A model generated the notes under the pieces. The model saw only the letters and a program-made list of their open reading frames with translations, did no database searches and was not told where the DNA came from. Positions 11,045-22,563 of a stretch of 64,000 nt of DNA are shown in pieces; position 1 is the first letter of the stretch, and the number at the start of each line of letters is the position of its first letter. A program made the position numbers and the translations under genes. Origin of the DNA: Spirochaetota bacterium (GTDB lineage Bacteria; Spirochaetota; UBA4802; UBA5550); assembly GCA_035403545.1 (NCBI GenBank), contig DAONFJ010000008.1, positions 4,384 to 68,383 on the forward strand, given 5' to 3'.

Positions 11045-11222
11045 TGGATGCAGCTTGTTAAATTTTAAAATTTTCAGGCTGCCGAACATATCAGATTACC
11101 GGCAATTTCTTTGAGAGAATCTGAGCATTTAAAACATCTTTCCGGGAAGACTCCTAATTACTTGAAGTGATATAATTCTTTAAATTCATTTAACAGAACA
11201 ATTCCCGGGAATCTTTGCCTTG

Positions 11223-11243
11223 CCCCTCCGCTCCGGGGTGCGG
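11223..11243. repeat. Degenerate copy of the CCCCGCACCCCGGAGGGG element
   Basis: Contains CTCCGGGGTGCGG, the reverse-complement core of the copies at 26138 and 28322. Confidence 0.5.
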
Positions 11244-11291
11244 TGCAGAGGTCTGACAAAAAAAAGTACTGCTTATAGATTGCCTGATTCT

Positions 11292-12083
11292 TCAGTTTAC
11301 TTTTATTACCTCAACCTTTTTCGGAAGCTTCTCCGTATTAAGCTTATTTATAGTTACTGCAGAATTCAGAAGAGGTTTTGAAAAACTGATGTTTATACTT
11401 GTATTTAAATCCGGAGCTACAATTCTGCAGTTTTTAAAGAAAATACTTTTATCTTTTTTAATCATGGATTTCAAATATATCTCAGCTTTATTTCTGCTTA
11501 ATTTATGTATAAACAGAATTTTTTCAGGAACATCATCCACAAAAAATATGTTTTCAAAATAATCATCATTCTGAATTATAAGGTAGTAACCTTTTTCCTT
11601 TTCATCATAAAGACATTTGTAGACTTCATAATTATCAATAAGAGGGATACCTCCTGTCAGCAGTGTATATAATAATTTATAATCAGTTTTAAATCCCACA
11701 TACCTGGAAAGATCGATTTTGTTTACGTCATCAGTGAGTAATTTTTTTTCCGCCGGATAATAAAAATACAATCTGTCCAGTTCCCTGTAAGCTTCAATTA
11801 CCGGGCTTTGAAAAACATAATCAAAAATTGCTACTTTGTAATAACCTTTTTTATCAAAAGCGACCTTACCTTCTACGCGGAATTTTTTCTCATCCGCAGA
11901 ACCGTCGGCAGTAAATGACGATGATATTGTGTCCGGAGATGAATGATTTATCTTCTGAATTGAGGAGAGAAAACTCATCGCTTTCAGATTTTCAGCCTTA
12001 CTCAACTCCGGCTTCTGCATGGAAGAACATCCGAAGATAAAAAGAATAAAAGAAGATAATACAATAATATGTTTATTTACCAT
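11292..12083 (-). CDS. Predicted lipoprotein (LolA/LolB-like or DUF4292-like fold possible)
   Basis: Lipobox FIFG-C after a hydrophobic signal peptide; overlaps the upstream TPR gene. The fold is a guess. Confidence 0.6.
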   Translation of the reverse strand: MVNKHIIVLSSFILFIFGCSSMQKPELSKAENLKAMSFLSSIQKINHSSPDTISSSFTADGSADEKKFRVEGKVAFDKKGYYKVAIFDYVFQSPVIEAYRELDRLYFYYPAEKKLLTDDVNKIDLSRYVGFKTDYKLLYTLLTGGIPLIDNYEVYKCLYDEKEKGYYLIIQNDDYFENIFFVDDVPEKILFIHKLSRNKAEIYLKSMIKKDKSIFFKNCRIVAPDLNTSINISFSKPLLNSAVTINKLNTEKLPKKVEVIKVN

Positions 12084-13959
12084 TTTTCTGTTCCCTGTAC
12101 ATTTTTAGTTTCTCGTCGATCGCTGCATCCTTCTCCAGCTTAACTGCTTTCTCCCAGTAGTATACCGCTTTGTTTTTGTTATCGATTTTTAAATATGTAT
12201 CACCAAGATGATCATACACTACGTAATCGGGAATGCCTGCCTCGTCAAGTTTCTCTTCGGCGAGAAGAAGATTTTTCAGTGCAGCGACATAGTCTCCTTT
12301 TCTGTAATATATCCATCCGAGCGAATCAAGATATGCCCCGTTATCGGGTTCAATTTCAAGGGCCTTCTGCACGAGGGTTAATCCTTCATCAATGTTGATA
12401 TTTTTGTCTGCATAAATATATCCGAGATAGTTATATGATCTTCCGCTGTTCTTATTATAGTTAATCGCAAGCTTCAGATTTTCTATAGATTTATTAATAT
12501 CACCAAGTTTTTCATACGCAACTGCGAGATAAAAATAATAGGTTTCTTCATCATTTTTGATTGATATTGCTCTTAGGATATTATCCCTTCCGGCGCTGTT
12601 TTTTCCTTCCCAGATCTGTACCAGCCCCCAGAAAAAATAAGCACCGGGATTTTCCGGATCTTTCTTTACAGCTTTTAAAAAATAATCATAGGCCCTGCCG
12701 TACTTACTCTGTGTTCCGTATATGTATCCGATATGAACAAGAACATTGCTCTCTTTGGAAATACTGTAGTATTTATTGTAATAGCTGATTGCCATTGAAT
12801 AATTTTTGTTCTCTTCGTGGGTTCTGGCTAAAAAATAGTATATGTCGCTGTTCTCATCGCCTTTCAGTCCCAGGGCTTTGTAAAAAAGTTTCTCCGCTGC
12901 ATCAAATACATTGTTTCTGAAACAGATTGTCCCGGCCGAGATAAGAGCTTTGTATGCATCTGCCTTATCTTCACCTTTAAACTTAATCCTTGCAGCTGCG
13001 ATATATGGAGCGATGAGATCCTCCCTGTATTTCAATACTGAATTTATTATTGTATCAGCTTTTGAATCCTCGCCGGCAAGCTCGTAATAAAGTCCCATGG
13101 CAACAAGGCCTTCGAATGTCCGTGATCTTTTAACTCTGGACAGATACTCCATAGCTTTCTCATTTTCATTTATGTAATACACGCTGCCGAGAATGTACTC
13201 CATGTTAACATCACCCGGAACTTTTTTCAGATAGATCATTGAGTATTTTTCAGCATCAGGAAGATTGTAATATCCGAAAGCTGAAAGAGCGAGCATGTAG
13301 ACTGTGTTCTGGTTCGAATCGTTTAAACCGTATGCTTTGATGAAATAGGGGAAAGCTTTTGAGTTTTCATTTTTAGAAAAATAAATATACCCGATATTAT
13401 AATACGAATTTTCAAGATAATAAGGGAGAACATCCCTGCTCTTTGATATAAAAATCTCTCTCTCAAAAAATGTAAGGGATTTGTCCGTATCATTAAGGTA
13501 TTTAAAATAATGAACTCCCAGAAGATATAACGCGTATGGATCATCCGGGTCCGCTGCGAGATACTTTTCAATTACAGCAGCCGCTTCCTTGTATTCCTTT
13601 CTGTCCATCATAATGCCGTAGAGCCTGTTGTATGGAGGAAAATACTTGCTGTCTTTTTCTATTGCAATCCCTGCAGACTTTTCAGAAGCTGCAATGTCGC
13701 CCTTTAAAAAATATATTTCGGAAAGCTGGTAATAAACTCTTCCCTCTTCATGACCTGAACCTTTAGCTTTTTCAAGCATCCCGATAGCCTTATCGAGATA
13801 ATTGTCCCTTTCTTCCGGTTTTTCACTCTGAAGTGCGAGATTCTTGTAGTAGAGAGCCTCACTGTATAATGTCAATCCATCCCCGCCGGATGCAGTATCA
13901 GCATAGAGATTTATATTGATACAAATAAGTAATAGTATAAGCCCGATAATTCTTTTCAT
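12073..13959 (-). CDS. Exported tetratricopeptide-repeat protein
   Basis: Signal peptide plus many TPR units, including YNYLGYIYADKNINIDEGLTLVQKALEIEPDNGAYLDSLGWIYY and VYDHLGD. Confidence 0.9.
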   Translation of the reverse strand: MKRIIGLILLLICININLYADTASGGDGLTLYSEALYYKNLALQSEKPEERDNYLDKAIGMLEKAKGSGHEEGRVYYQLSEIYFLKGDIAASEKSAGIAIEKDSKYFPPYNRLYGIMMDRKEYKEAAAVIEKYLAADPDDPYALYLLGVHYFKYLNDTDKSLTFFEREIFISKSRDVLPYYLENSYYNIGYIYFSKNENSKAFPYFIKAYGLNDSNQNTVYMLALSAFGYYNLPDAEKYSMIYLKKVPGDVNMEYILGSVYYINENEKAMEYLSRVKRSRTFEGLVAMGLYYELAGEDSKADTIINSVLKYREDLIAPYIAAARIKFKGEDKADAYKALISAGTICFRNNVFDAAEKLFYKALGLKGDENSDIYYFLARTHEENKNYSMAISYYNKYYSISKESNVLVHIGYIYGTQSKYGRAYDYFLKAVKKDPENPGAYFFWGLVQIWEGKNSAGRDNILRAISIKNDEETYYFYLAVAYEKLGDINKSIENLKLAINYNKNSGRSYNYLGYIYADKNINIDEGLTLVQKALEIEPDNGAYLDSLGWIYYRKGDYVAALKNLLLAEEKLDEAGIPDYVVYDHLGDTYLKIDNKNKAVYYWEKAVKLEKDAAIDEKLKMYREQKNGK

Positions 13960-14617
13960 TTAATATTTATGCCCCTTTAATAAAGCTCCGTACAGGATAA
14001 TCCTGTTTTTCAATCTGTCAAATAAATAAACTGTTCTTTTACTGATCTTTTCAACCGTTCAATCTTTAATAATCCGGTAATTCCGGGCAATTATTTTTAC
14101 ATTTGCTCACATCTCAGGTTGCAATATTGTATCTGCATCCACCCATTTCCCGGAGAGTGACTTGAAGATACTATACCGGAATAAATTAATCTAAAATATT
14201 TTTTTAGCAGCAAATTTTTTCAGATTCCATTAAATCATTTGCAGCCTTTCCCCGATGATTTATGCTGCACCTTAATTTCTGACCGGACTGAACCCCCAGG
14301 CTATCTGGTTCTTTCCATTGAAATTCAATATAATTGTAAAAACCCTATTAAAAGAAATATTATCGATAATCAACTCAAACCAGATATTTTTTTAGATCAG
14401 AATTGAAATAAAGTTTGTAATATTTGATTTTATTCATTAATATTATATCTAGATGATTCATGCATTGCCGTATAGGTTGAAAACCGGGAAAAAGGACGTT
14501 CCGGAATCGCCATTTTATATCAGCAAAAGCGGATTAAAAATCAGCTTATTATATTATGTTTATCCTCTATACAAATATGTTACATGATATCATCAATTAT
14601 AATACAACACAGCCATA

Positions 14618-16246
14618 ATGCGAATGAATTCAGTTTATAATAAAAATCTTAAAATTCTGGCACTTGACGATGATCCTGTGGCGAGAGAGTATATAAAGAT
14701 GACTCTCAAAGATCATGGCGATCTTTTTCTTGCAGGCAGCAGGCAGCAGTTTTTCCAGATACTGAATGATACCATACCTGATATTTTTCTTCTCGATGTA
14801 ACACTCCCCGACGGAAACGGAATAGATCTCTGCCGTGAGATGAAACAGAATTCAAATTTTAAAGATTCATTTTTTATAATACTTACTTCAAGAAATGACA
14901 GAGAGACTATTGAAAAAGCATATTCGTCCGGAGCTGACGAATATATACGGAAACCATTCATTCAGTATGAACTTGTTTCAAAAATACATATTATAAAGCA
15001 CATAATATCGGTTAGAAATAATCTCCAGAATGCCTACCAGACCCAGCTCGACCACAATATCCAGCTATATAAATTAAGTAATTTTGTTAAAAATGGAATT
15101 CTGGCGAAAGATAAAGAAGAAACCCTCAGAAATACGCAAATACTTCAATCGATGATAGAATTAACTTATATTGAAATTATTAAGGTGAGAGGCGGAATTC
15201 CGCTGAGCATATTACAAAAACAGATTGTAAAAAATACTCCCGTAATTTCATTTAAAGAGATAGAGAACGAACCCAATATTTTTAATAATATAGAACATGA
15301 AATTAAATTTTTCAAATCAAAAAAAAATGACCGCGAAATATATAATACTCTCTTCTCTGTAAAATTTAATAACACAATTTATGGCTATATCCTCATTCAG
15401 CGTCTTGACCCTTTCTCACAAAATGATAAGGAAATTATATCTCTCTATCTGGATTATACAAATCTTCTTAATGAAAGAATTTCATCTCAGGGTGAACTCT
15501 CGAGAAAAAATGAAGAGTATAGAAAAGAAATTGATATAATAAGAAGACTTGAAGTATCAAAACTTCCGGACTTTAAACTTGTCCATGGATTTGATACTGC
15601 TTTCACATTTATGCCTGCGCAGGAGCTGTCGGGAGATTTCTTCGACGGTTTCTTTCTTGATGATGATATCTACCAGATTATTCTTTGCGATGTTTCCGGC
15701 CACGGTATTGCGTCATCCTATGTGGGCAATCAGATCCGGACGATGTTCAGGGAAAAATCAGCTCCCGGGAAAAAACCATCCGAAATAGTTAAGGAGATAA
15801 ACTCACAACTGGCAGTTGACCTTAAGGAACTCCGCTACTACTGCACAGCTCAGGTTGTGCAGATATACTTCGATACGAACACAATACTCTTCCTTTCTGC
15901 CGGGCATCCGGAAGCCATAGTCAAGAAAAAAAAAGGCATGGAGATATCTCTGACAAAAAGCAGAAGCCCTGTTATAGGATTGTTTGAAGATGAAACATAT
16001 AATGATGAAATAATAAATATGGAAAAGGGGGATGTTCTCTTTCTGTACACCGACGGGCTTATTGAGGAACACTCGCCGGATTTTAATAACATGTTCGGAA
16101 TAAAAAACGTAATAGAAAGCATGAAGAAAACGGATGAAATGAACTCTGTAGAAATACTCCACCACTGCCTTGGCGACTTTTATGAATTTAACGGATATCG
16201 CCCTCAGAGTGATGATATTACACTTATATGTATAAAAAAAGATTAA
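14618..16246 (+). CDS. Response-regulator receiver fused to a PP2C/SpoIIE (RsbU-like) phosphatase
   Basis: REC (LALDDD...LLDVTLPDGNG...YIRKPF); PP2C motifs SGDFFD, CDVSGHG, YTDGLIE, DDIT. Confidence 0.9.
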   Translation: MRMNSVYNKNLKILALDDDPVAREYIKMTLKDHGDLFLAGSRQQFFQILNDTIPDIFLLDVTLPDGNGIDLCREMKQNSNFKDSFFIILTSRNDRETIEKAYSSGADEYIRKPFIQYELVSKIHIIKHIISVRNNLQNAYQTQLDHNIQLYKLSNFVKNGILAKDKEETLRNTQILQSMIELTYIEIIKVRGGIPLSILQKQIVKNTPVISFKEIENEPNIFNNIEHEIKFFKSKKNDREIYNTLFSVKFNNTIYGYILIQRLDPFSQNDKEIISLYLDYTNLLNERISSQGELSRKNEEYRKEIDIIRRLEVSKLPDFKLVHGFDTAFTFMPAQELSGDFFDGFFLDDDIYQIILCDVSGHGIASSYVGNQIRTMFREKSAPGKKPSEIVKEINSQLAVDLKELRYYCTAQVVQIYFDTNTILFLSAGHPEAIVKKKKGMEISLTKSRSPVIGLFEDETYNDEIINMEKGDVLFLYTDGLIEEHSPDFNNMFGIKNVIESMKKTDEMNSVEILHHCLGDFYEFNGYRPQSDDITLICIKKD

Positions 16247-17049
16247 CCATTTTTTTTGAAAGCTGTCAGCCTGAAATCCTCAATAATTTCTGATGCATAC
16301 TCCTTGATTTTAAAAACAGCTCCGTATCCTGTAAGGTCCTGGAAAATGTCGACTACTCTCTTCTTCCTCTCCTCTTCGATGAAAAGCTTCTGAAACGTAA
16401 CGGGATAATTCCATTCGTCCCTTCCTGAATCAATTATGCCGTCACAGAAATCTATAATATCGTGAAGCAGAAATGCGCTTTCCTTGAGATAATCGTTGCT
16501 GTCCTTTTCTATTTCTATATCCCGAATCCCCGACCTGTTCAGCAATAGGACATGATCCGCTATTCTCCGGGCATGAAGGCCGCCCCTCGGTTCAGCGAGA
16601 AACAACAGTCTGTCCTCAAGTGAATTGACACTGTTTTTAAGACGGCTGTCAGAGATCACAACCCTCAGTATCGGGAACAAATCTGTTGATAAAAAAGAAA
16701 GTGCGCCGTAAAGATGTGATATTTCAATGCCGCATCTGGAATGGAATAATATCTGCGGATATTTTTTTATCCTGGAGATATTTTCTTCGAGAATTTTATC
16801 AACCTCTTTGGTGAAGGTGTTCTCTTTCATCTTCTTTTTTGTTTCATAACGCTCTTTCAGTTTTTCGAAATTGGAAATTTCAGCAAGAATAAAACCTTCC
16901 ATATTCATTCTGCTCTTTATCGCCGCAGAAAGCCTTTCATCAAAAGCATTGAGATCGAACCATTTTGGACTATGCTTCAGTGAGTACTCTTTGTATCTCT
17001 CCCTGAGTTTTTTTATGAGCTCGTTTACTTCATCTCTGTTAAGAGGCAT
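16243..17049 (-). CDS. Hypothetical soluble protein
   Basis: 268-aa ORF with normal composition, convergent on and overlapping the PP2C stop. No recognised motif. Confidence 0.75.
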   Translation of the reverse strand: MPLNRDEVNELIKKLRERYKEYSLKHSPKWFDLNAFDERLSAAIKSRMNMEGFILAEISNFEKLKERYETKKKMKENTFTKEVDKILEENISRIKKYPQILFHSRCGIEISHLYGALSFLSTDLFPILRVVISDSRLKNSVNSLEDRLLFLAEPRGGLHARRIADHVLLLNRSGIRDIEIEKDSNDYLKESAFLLHDIIDFCDGIIDSGRDEWNYPVTFQKLFIEEERKKRVVDIFQDLTGYGAVFKIKEYASEIIEDFRLTAFKKNG

Positions 17050-17295
17050 CTGGTAACTCTCAATTTTTATTTTTTAAATGGTTATGATGATTTTTAATTT
17101 TGAGTTACTGATGCGGGATTGTCAAGAAGAATATGCCATTCGACAGCCTCAGGGACCGCCTAAGAGACTGCCCGTGTTACTTAAGCACCATATCTTAAAG
17201 GAAATGTTTTTTATTCCAACTTATCCCTCTCCATTACAGCTTACCTCTGCCTGTATTTTTATGGAGTGGAGAGGAGGCAGTGGACGGGGTTGAGC

Positions 17296-17943
17296 CTACC
17301 TGTTCTCACTTGCAGCGTACTGCACGGCTATCTTTGTCAGTTCCGAAGAATTGCCTATGGAGAGTTTTTCCCTGATTTTTCTTCTATGGCTCTCCATTGT
17401 GTTTACATTAATGTTAAGCCTTTTTGCTATTTCATTTCTTTTATAGCCTTTACCTATAAGCCGGAATATTTCAAGTTCTCTTCCGCTAAGGAGATATATA
17501 TCTATCTTTTCATTATCCTGCGAACCGTAAATATGTTTTGTTGCAATTTTATTGGATATTGAACTGCTGAGATAGATTTTATTGTCCATTACAGCTTCAA
17601 TTGCAGACACGATATTTTCAGCAGCTTCCGCTTTGGCGATATAGCCTTTCGCTCCGGCCTTTATGGATTTTTCGGCGTACAAAGTCCCGTCATCCATTGA
17701 CATTACCAGAATTCTTACATGGGGGAATCTCGCCTTTACTGCACCGACAAGTTCTATCCCATCAATATTTCCTTTTAGTTCTATGTCAACGATTACAAGA
17801 TCCGGTTCTGTTTCAGAAATTATTTTTATTGCGCTGTTAGCTTCTTCAGCTTCACCGCAAATTGTGTATCCGGCATTCTCTTCAAGAATGCTTTTAAGCC
17901 CTTTTCTTACTACCGGGTGATCATCAACAAGCACAATCTTCAT
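17296..17943 (-). CDS. NarL/FixJ-family response regulator (REC + LuxR HTH); start corrected from 18066
   Basis: MKIVLVDDHPVVRKG...VIVDIEL...LSGRELEIFRLIGKG...TMESHRRKIREKL. RBS GAGGAGG precedes ATG 17943. Confidence 0.92.
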   Translation of the reverse strand: MKIVLVDDHPVVRKGLKSILEENAGYTICGEAEEANSAIKIISETEPDLVIVDIELKGNIDGIELVGAVKARFPHVRILVMSMDDGTLYAEKSIKAGAKGYIAKAEAAENIVSAIEAVMDNKIYLSSSISNKIATKHIYGSQDNEKIDIYLLSGRELEIFRLIGKGYKRNEIAKRLNINVNTMESHRRKIREKLSIGNSSELTKIAVQYAASENR

Positions 17944-18195
17944 TTTATCCTCCTCACTCAGATCTGTTCTGCAGCGCTGAACCCTGTGCCCCGGTTCATT
18001 ATGTCGGTATATTTCCTGTTCTGCCTCTCCGGCTGGAGCATAGCGGAATGCCGGAATACCATGCACCTCATTTCATTTAAAGAGGTGATCCGGATATTTA
18101 ACTGCGCTGACAATACAAAACCTGAATGACAAATTTATTAATAACATACACTAAAACATGAAACAATACTATTCAAATTATACACTTTATGACAA

Positions 18196-18234
18196 TAACA
18201 CATTCGTGTAATAATTTTTAACATGAATGTGTTA
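18196..18234. promoter_or_regulatory. Two TAACAC-N4-GTGTTA-type inverted repeats upstream of the NarL-type gene
   Basis: TAACAC-ATTC-GTGTAA (18196-18211) and TAACAT-GAAT-GTGTTA (18219-18234). The same motif occurs at 32599-32660. Confidence 0.55.
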
Positions 18235-20023
18235 TCATTTGCAGGATTTTAACAGTAACTGTAAAACCGCAATCTTCATTGCTTTCCGCTGAAAATTCGC
18301 CGCCAATCAGATCTGTTCTGTATTTCATTATACTCAGCCCCATGCCCTGATCTTTTTTCCCGGGATCAATTCCCGCCCCGTCATCCCGGACTGAAAGATA
18401 AACTCCGGGAGATCTTTTTAATGTTATGTATATATTTTTCGCGCCGCTGTGCTTCACCGCGTTGTTTACAGCTTCCTGTGTTATGCGGTAAAGCTGGGAT
18501 GAAACAAAATCATCTCCTATATCAGTAACCCCGTAAGATTCAACTTCACAATTAATATTAAACATATCCCGTGTGCTTATGGCGAGCTGATCAAGCGCCA
18601 GGATAAGCGTATTATTCTGAATATTGACAAGCGGCAGTCCCCTGGTAATCTGCCTGCACACCTGTGTCGCTTCGCGGACCAGATCTGAAATTTCAGTTAT
18701 TCTGCCAATTGCGGCTGGAGCTGACCCGTTAAGCTGAGTTTTTACGGTCTTCAGCATAAAGCTCACTCCTGTAAGTATCTGCCCAAGGCTGTCGTGAAGT
18801 TCATGCCCGATCTTCTGACGCTCTCTTTCACTGATATCTATTACTTCGCGTTCGAGCTTCCGGAGTTCATCCCGTGCAATGAATAGTTCAATAATTTTAC
18901 TTATCCTTTCAGTTATGGTATCGAAAAAACTTTTATCCTTGCAATCGAATAATGCTTTGCCGCAGTCTTTATCCGTATTTGAATAACCGATTGTTATCTT
19001 ACCGGTTATATTCCCTTCGGCTACAAGCTCACGTTCCAGTACTGCATCAGGATTTTTAAAATTGGAAGAGACATATTCTTTCCCGCAATAGGAAATAACA
19101 GCAAATGAACGCTCGGGGTAACTTAAAGCTTCAGGGATAAGGAGAACGGTCCTGAAAAGTACATGATCAAGTGTTTCTGAACTATCCTCCATTATTCTGG
19201 ATATATTATACAGACAGTTTAGCTCTTTCAGGAGTTTCTCCTTTTCCAGAAGCAGGATTCTCATCTGTTCTTCAGTATTCTTGCGAAATGTAATGTCCGT
19301 AAGCAGGCCCTTAAATCCGCGGAACACTCCGCCCTCATACACCGGGCTGATTGATGACCTGAACCAGACGATATCACCGCTCATCTTCACCCATTTATAT
19401 TCTTCAAAAAACGACCCTCCCGCAACAGGCACTTCAAACTGTTCCTTTGCTTTTGGGATATCATCCTTTGTTATGAACTCGTGGAATGATCTGCCTATTA
19501 CATCTTCAGGTGCAAAATCGGTGTAGTGCTTAATGCGGGGGCTGATATAAGTCAGGATTCCCTTTTCATCGGTTGAAAAAATAATGTCACTGATATCCTC
19601 AACCAGGCTCCGATAATTCTCCTCGCTTTCGAGAGTTTTTTCGTGTGCTTCAAAAAGATCAAACACCATTTCAATTGATGAGAGAAGAACATATTCCCCT
19701 GTATTTTTTAGCGCATAGCCGTACCGTGTTATCTTTCTTACTTTCTCAACCATCTCGCGTTCAATATGCGCGGTAAGGAACAATACCGGAACATTTTTTC
19801 TGGATAAAATTTCCTGCGCGGCCTTGTTCCCGTCAATTTCTCCACCGAGGTCAATATCCATAAGAATAAGATCAATCTTGTTGTTAAGTGCAACATCAAT
19901 AGCTTTTTTACCGCTGCCTGCAGCCATAACAGTATATCCATTTCTCTCAAGCATTACTTTATTTGCAAGACAGGTAATGGCATCGTCTTCAACAATCAGT
20001 ATTATTTTTCTTTCTGGTTTCAC
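18218..20023 (-). CDS. REC-PAS-HisKA_3 histidine kinase (NarX/UhpB type), likely partner of the NarL-type regulator
   Basis: N-terminal REC, PAS, ERERQKIGHELHDSLGQ H-box, QEAVNNAVKHS and DDGAG ATPase motifs. Confidence 0.9.
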   Translation of the reverse strand: MKPERKIILIVEDDAITCLANKVMLERNGYTVMAAGSGKKAIDVALNNKIDLILMDIDLGGEIDGNKAAQEILSRKNVPVLFLTAHIEREMVEKVRKITRYGYALKNTGEYVLLSSIEMVFDLFEAHEKTLESEENYRSLVEDISDIIFSTDEKGILTYISPRIKHYTDFAPEDVIGRSFHEFITKDDIPKAKEQFEVPVAGGSFFEEYKWVKMSGDIVWFRSSISPVYEGGVFRGFKGLLTDITFRKNTEEQMRILLLEKEKLLKELNCLYNISRIMEDSSETLDHVLFRTVLLIPEALSYPERSFAVISYCGKEYVSSNFKNPDAVLERELVAEGNITGKITIGYSNTDKDCGKALFDCKDKSFFDTITERISKIIELFIARDELRKLEREVIDISERERQKIGHELHDSLGQILTGVSFMLKTVKTQLNGSAPAAIGRITEISDLVREATQVCRQITRGLPLVNIQNNTLILALDQLAISTRDMFNINCEVESYGVTDIGDDFVSSQLYRITQEAVNNAVKHSGAKNIYITLKRSPGVYLSVRDDGAGIDPGKKDQGMGLSIMKYRTDLIGGEFSAESNEDCGFTVTVKILQMITHSC

Positions 20024-22521
20024 GTCCGGCCCGCTGTTTTATCAATATTATTCCGTTCGGGATCAAGCCAGCTTTTAAGCAGTCCGTCAACTTCTTTAAT
20101 TTTTATCGGTTTAGCCATATAGTCATTCATCCCGGCTTTAATACACTTTTCTCTATCTCCTTCCATTGCGTGCGCCGTAAGAGCAATAATCAGAACATCC
20201 GGATTCAGGACTCCGGAAATTCCGCTTCTGATCTCAACAGTTGCCTGGAATCCATCCATAGACGGCATCTGGCAGTCCATAAAAACTGCACTATAGTTCT
20301 TCCGTTTAAGCGCTTCAATGCATTCAATTCCATTCGAAGCGATATCAGTTTCATATCCTAGCTTTCTCAGCATTGCATTGGCTACAAACTGGTTTGTTTT
20401 ATTGTCTTCAACAAGAAGTATAGATGCCGATTCCCGTTGCGCGTTATTATTTACCAGGCCCGGTTCATTGAGATGCCGCTGATATTTTTCAAGCTGCTTC
20501 TGCAGAATAATGGTGAACCAGAACAATGATCCTTTATTTTCACCGCTCACTACGCCGATTTCACCGCCCATTAGCTCAACTATCTTTTTTGATATCGCAA
20601 GCCCGAGGCCTGTACCGCCGTATTTTCTGGTTAATCCTCCGTCAATCTGTTTAAATGGAATAAAAAGATCTTTAATATGTTCCCCGGGAATTCCTGTTCC
20701 CGTATCGCTAATTTCAAATTTGAGTTTAACTGTGGTTTCATCTTCATCTGCAAGCCGAATGTTAACATCAATTCTACCTTTATCGGTAAATTTAATGGCA
20801 TTGTGCGATAAATTTGTTACGACCTGCCTGAGTCTGCCGGAATCTCCGCAGAGCGAACATGGTACTGCATCATCAATACTGAAATTAAATTCAAGATTTT
20901 TCTCTATAGCTTTAACAGCAAGCATTTCAACAATGTCGTACATGGCCGTCTGAAGGTTGAAGTTGTGACGGTCAAGTTCAAATTTCTGAGATTCTATTTT
21001 TGAAAGGTCAAGAATCTGGTTGATTATCGCAAGAAGATTATCACCGCTGATCCGCATAATCTCAATAAATTTTTTCTGTTCATCGTTAAGCGGAGTTTCA
21101 AGAAGCAGGCTTAATATTCCGATTATCCCGTTCATCGGAGTTCTGATTTCATGACTCATATTAGCCAGGAACTGGCTCTTTGCAATATTTGCCGCTTCAG
21201 CAGCTATAGCAAAATCGTGAGCCCGTTCAAGCGCAGCTTCAAGCTGTTGATTTGTCTCAATCAGTTCATTCTCTGCTACCTTTCTGGCGGTAATATCGAT
21301 AATAGAAACCATTCCTGAAGCTTTTCCGTTGTATATAACTGTATTTCCTTTCAGCGAAACCCATTTTTTAATACCATTTTTTGCTGTTATGGAAAATTCG
21401 TATGACATATTGTAATTTTCTGAAAGCTGCCGCATCAATGCCCTTTTCCTGACAACGGGCTGGTATTCAATATCTACAAAATCCCAGAAATTCATTTTAT
21501 AAAGCTCATCTTCCGAATAGCCGGATATTTCAACTCCTACAGGATTTGTATACACCCAATGATGTCCATGGTGAATCATAATTGCTACGGGTGACGATTC
21601 CGTGAGGGTACGGAATTTTTCCTCACTCTCGCAGAGAGAATTATTTGTAGAAATAAGTTCTTCATTTGCCGCTTCAAGCTGCTCCAGCGTCGCGTGAAGT
21701 TCTTCGTTTAATGCGGAAAGCTCAAGATTTTTTTTCTGCAGTTCATCTTCGGCATGTTTACGTTCTGTTATATCTTCGGCAATTCCGGCAAAACGGAAAA
21801 TTTTTCCATTCTGATCAAAAACAGGATGGCTTCTTGCCCTGATCCACCGTATATCTTTATCATCTCTTACTATACGGTACTCATACGCTGAAGGAAGACA
21901 GTCTGCCCTCATTTCACGATGAATTTTCAGAATCCTTTCCCTGTCATCAGGGTGAATGATTTCACTGAAAGACCAGGGATTGTCATAAAAACTCTTACAG
22001 GTGCGTCCCCAGATTTTTTCGTAAGCAGGGCTTATATATAACATTGCACCATTACTTATGTCTCGAAGCCAGAATAATTCATTTATACTTTCAGTAAGCT
22101 GGTGAAAATTTGCTTCGCTGGCTTCAATTTTTTTTCTGGACTGAAAAAGTTCAAGAGCCATTTCAATCGATGATATAAGAATATATTCTCCTGAGCCTTT
22201 TGTCACATAACCGTATCTTGTGATGGATTTTACCTGATCAACAATTTCTTTACCGGTATGAGAAGTAAGAAATATAACAGGAAGATCCCTTATCTCCAGA
22301 ATTCTGCGGGAAGCCTCTGCGCCATTCATTCCGGATCCAAGATTAAGATCTATCAGTACCAGGTCAATATCTGCATTGTCTTTTACAGCTTCCAGGGCCC
22401 GTTCTCCACTGGAAACAGCCTGGACTTCATATCCGTTCTTTCTCAGCATTGCTGATTCCGTCAGTGCAATAATTATCTCATCTTCAACAATCAGCAGCTT
22501 TTTATTTTTACTATTTACCAT
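20020..22521 (-). CDS. Hybrid kinase REC-PAS-coiled coil-PAS-HisKA-HATPase-REC
   Basis: FLANMSHEIRTPMNG, DTGTGI, GGTGLGLAI, C-terminal REC (FMDCQMPSMDG). Confidence 0.92.
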   Translation of the reverse strand: MVNSKNKKLLIVEDEIIIALTESAMLRKNGYEVQAVSSGERALEAVKDNADIDLVLIDLNLGSGMNGAEASRRILEIRDLPVIFLTSHTGKEIVDQVKSITRYGYVTKGSGEYILISSIEMALELFQSRKKIEASEANFHQLTESINELFWLRDISNGAMLYISPAYEKIWGRTCKSFYDNPWSFSEIIHPDDRERILKIHREMRADCLPSAYEYRIVRDDKDIRWIRARSHPVFDQNGKIFRFAGIAEDITERKHAEDELQKKNLELSALNEELHATLEQLEAANEELISTNNSLCESEEKFRTLTESSPVAIMIHHGHHWVYTNPVGVEISGYSEDELYKMNFWDFVDIEYQPVVRKRALMRQLSENYNMSYEFSITAKNGIKKWVSLKGNTVIYNGKASGMVSIIDITARKVAENELIETNQQLEAALERAHDFAIAAEAANIAKSQFLANMSHEIRTPMNGIIGILSLLLETPLNDEQKKFIEIMRISGDNLLAIINQILDLSKIESQKFELDRHNFNLQTAMYDIVEMLAVKAIEKNLEFNFSIDDAVPCSLCGDSGRLRQVVTNLSHNAIKFTDKGRIDVNIRLADEDETTVKLKFEISDTGTGIPGEHIKDLFIPFKQIDGGLTRKYGGTGLGLAISKKIVELMGGEIGVVSGENKGSLFWFTIILQKQLEKYQRHLNEPGLVNNNAQRESASILLVEDNKTNQFVANAMLRKLGYETDIASNGIECIEALKRKNYSAVFMDCQMPSMDGFQATVEIRSGISGVLNPDVLIIALTAHAMEGDREKCIKAGMNDYMAKPIKIKEVDGLLKSWLDPERNNIDKTAGRT

Positions 22522-22563
22522 TTTTTTTCCTGCCGCTGGCCCGGGGAGGACCTTCGCGGATTA

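Noticed and set aside
17944-18066. 41-aa N-terminal extension of the NarL-type regulator
   Set aside because: The REC domain starts at MKIVLVDD, behind a strong RBS at 17943. The upstream region has small hairpins but no recognisable riboswitch.
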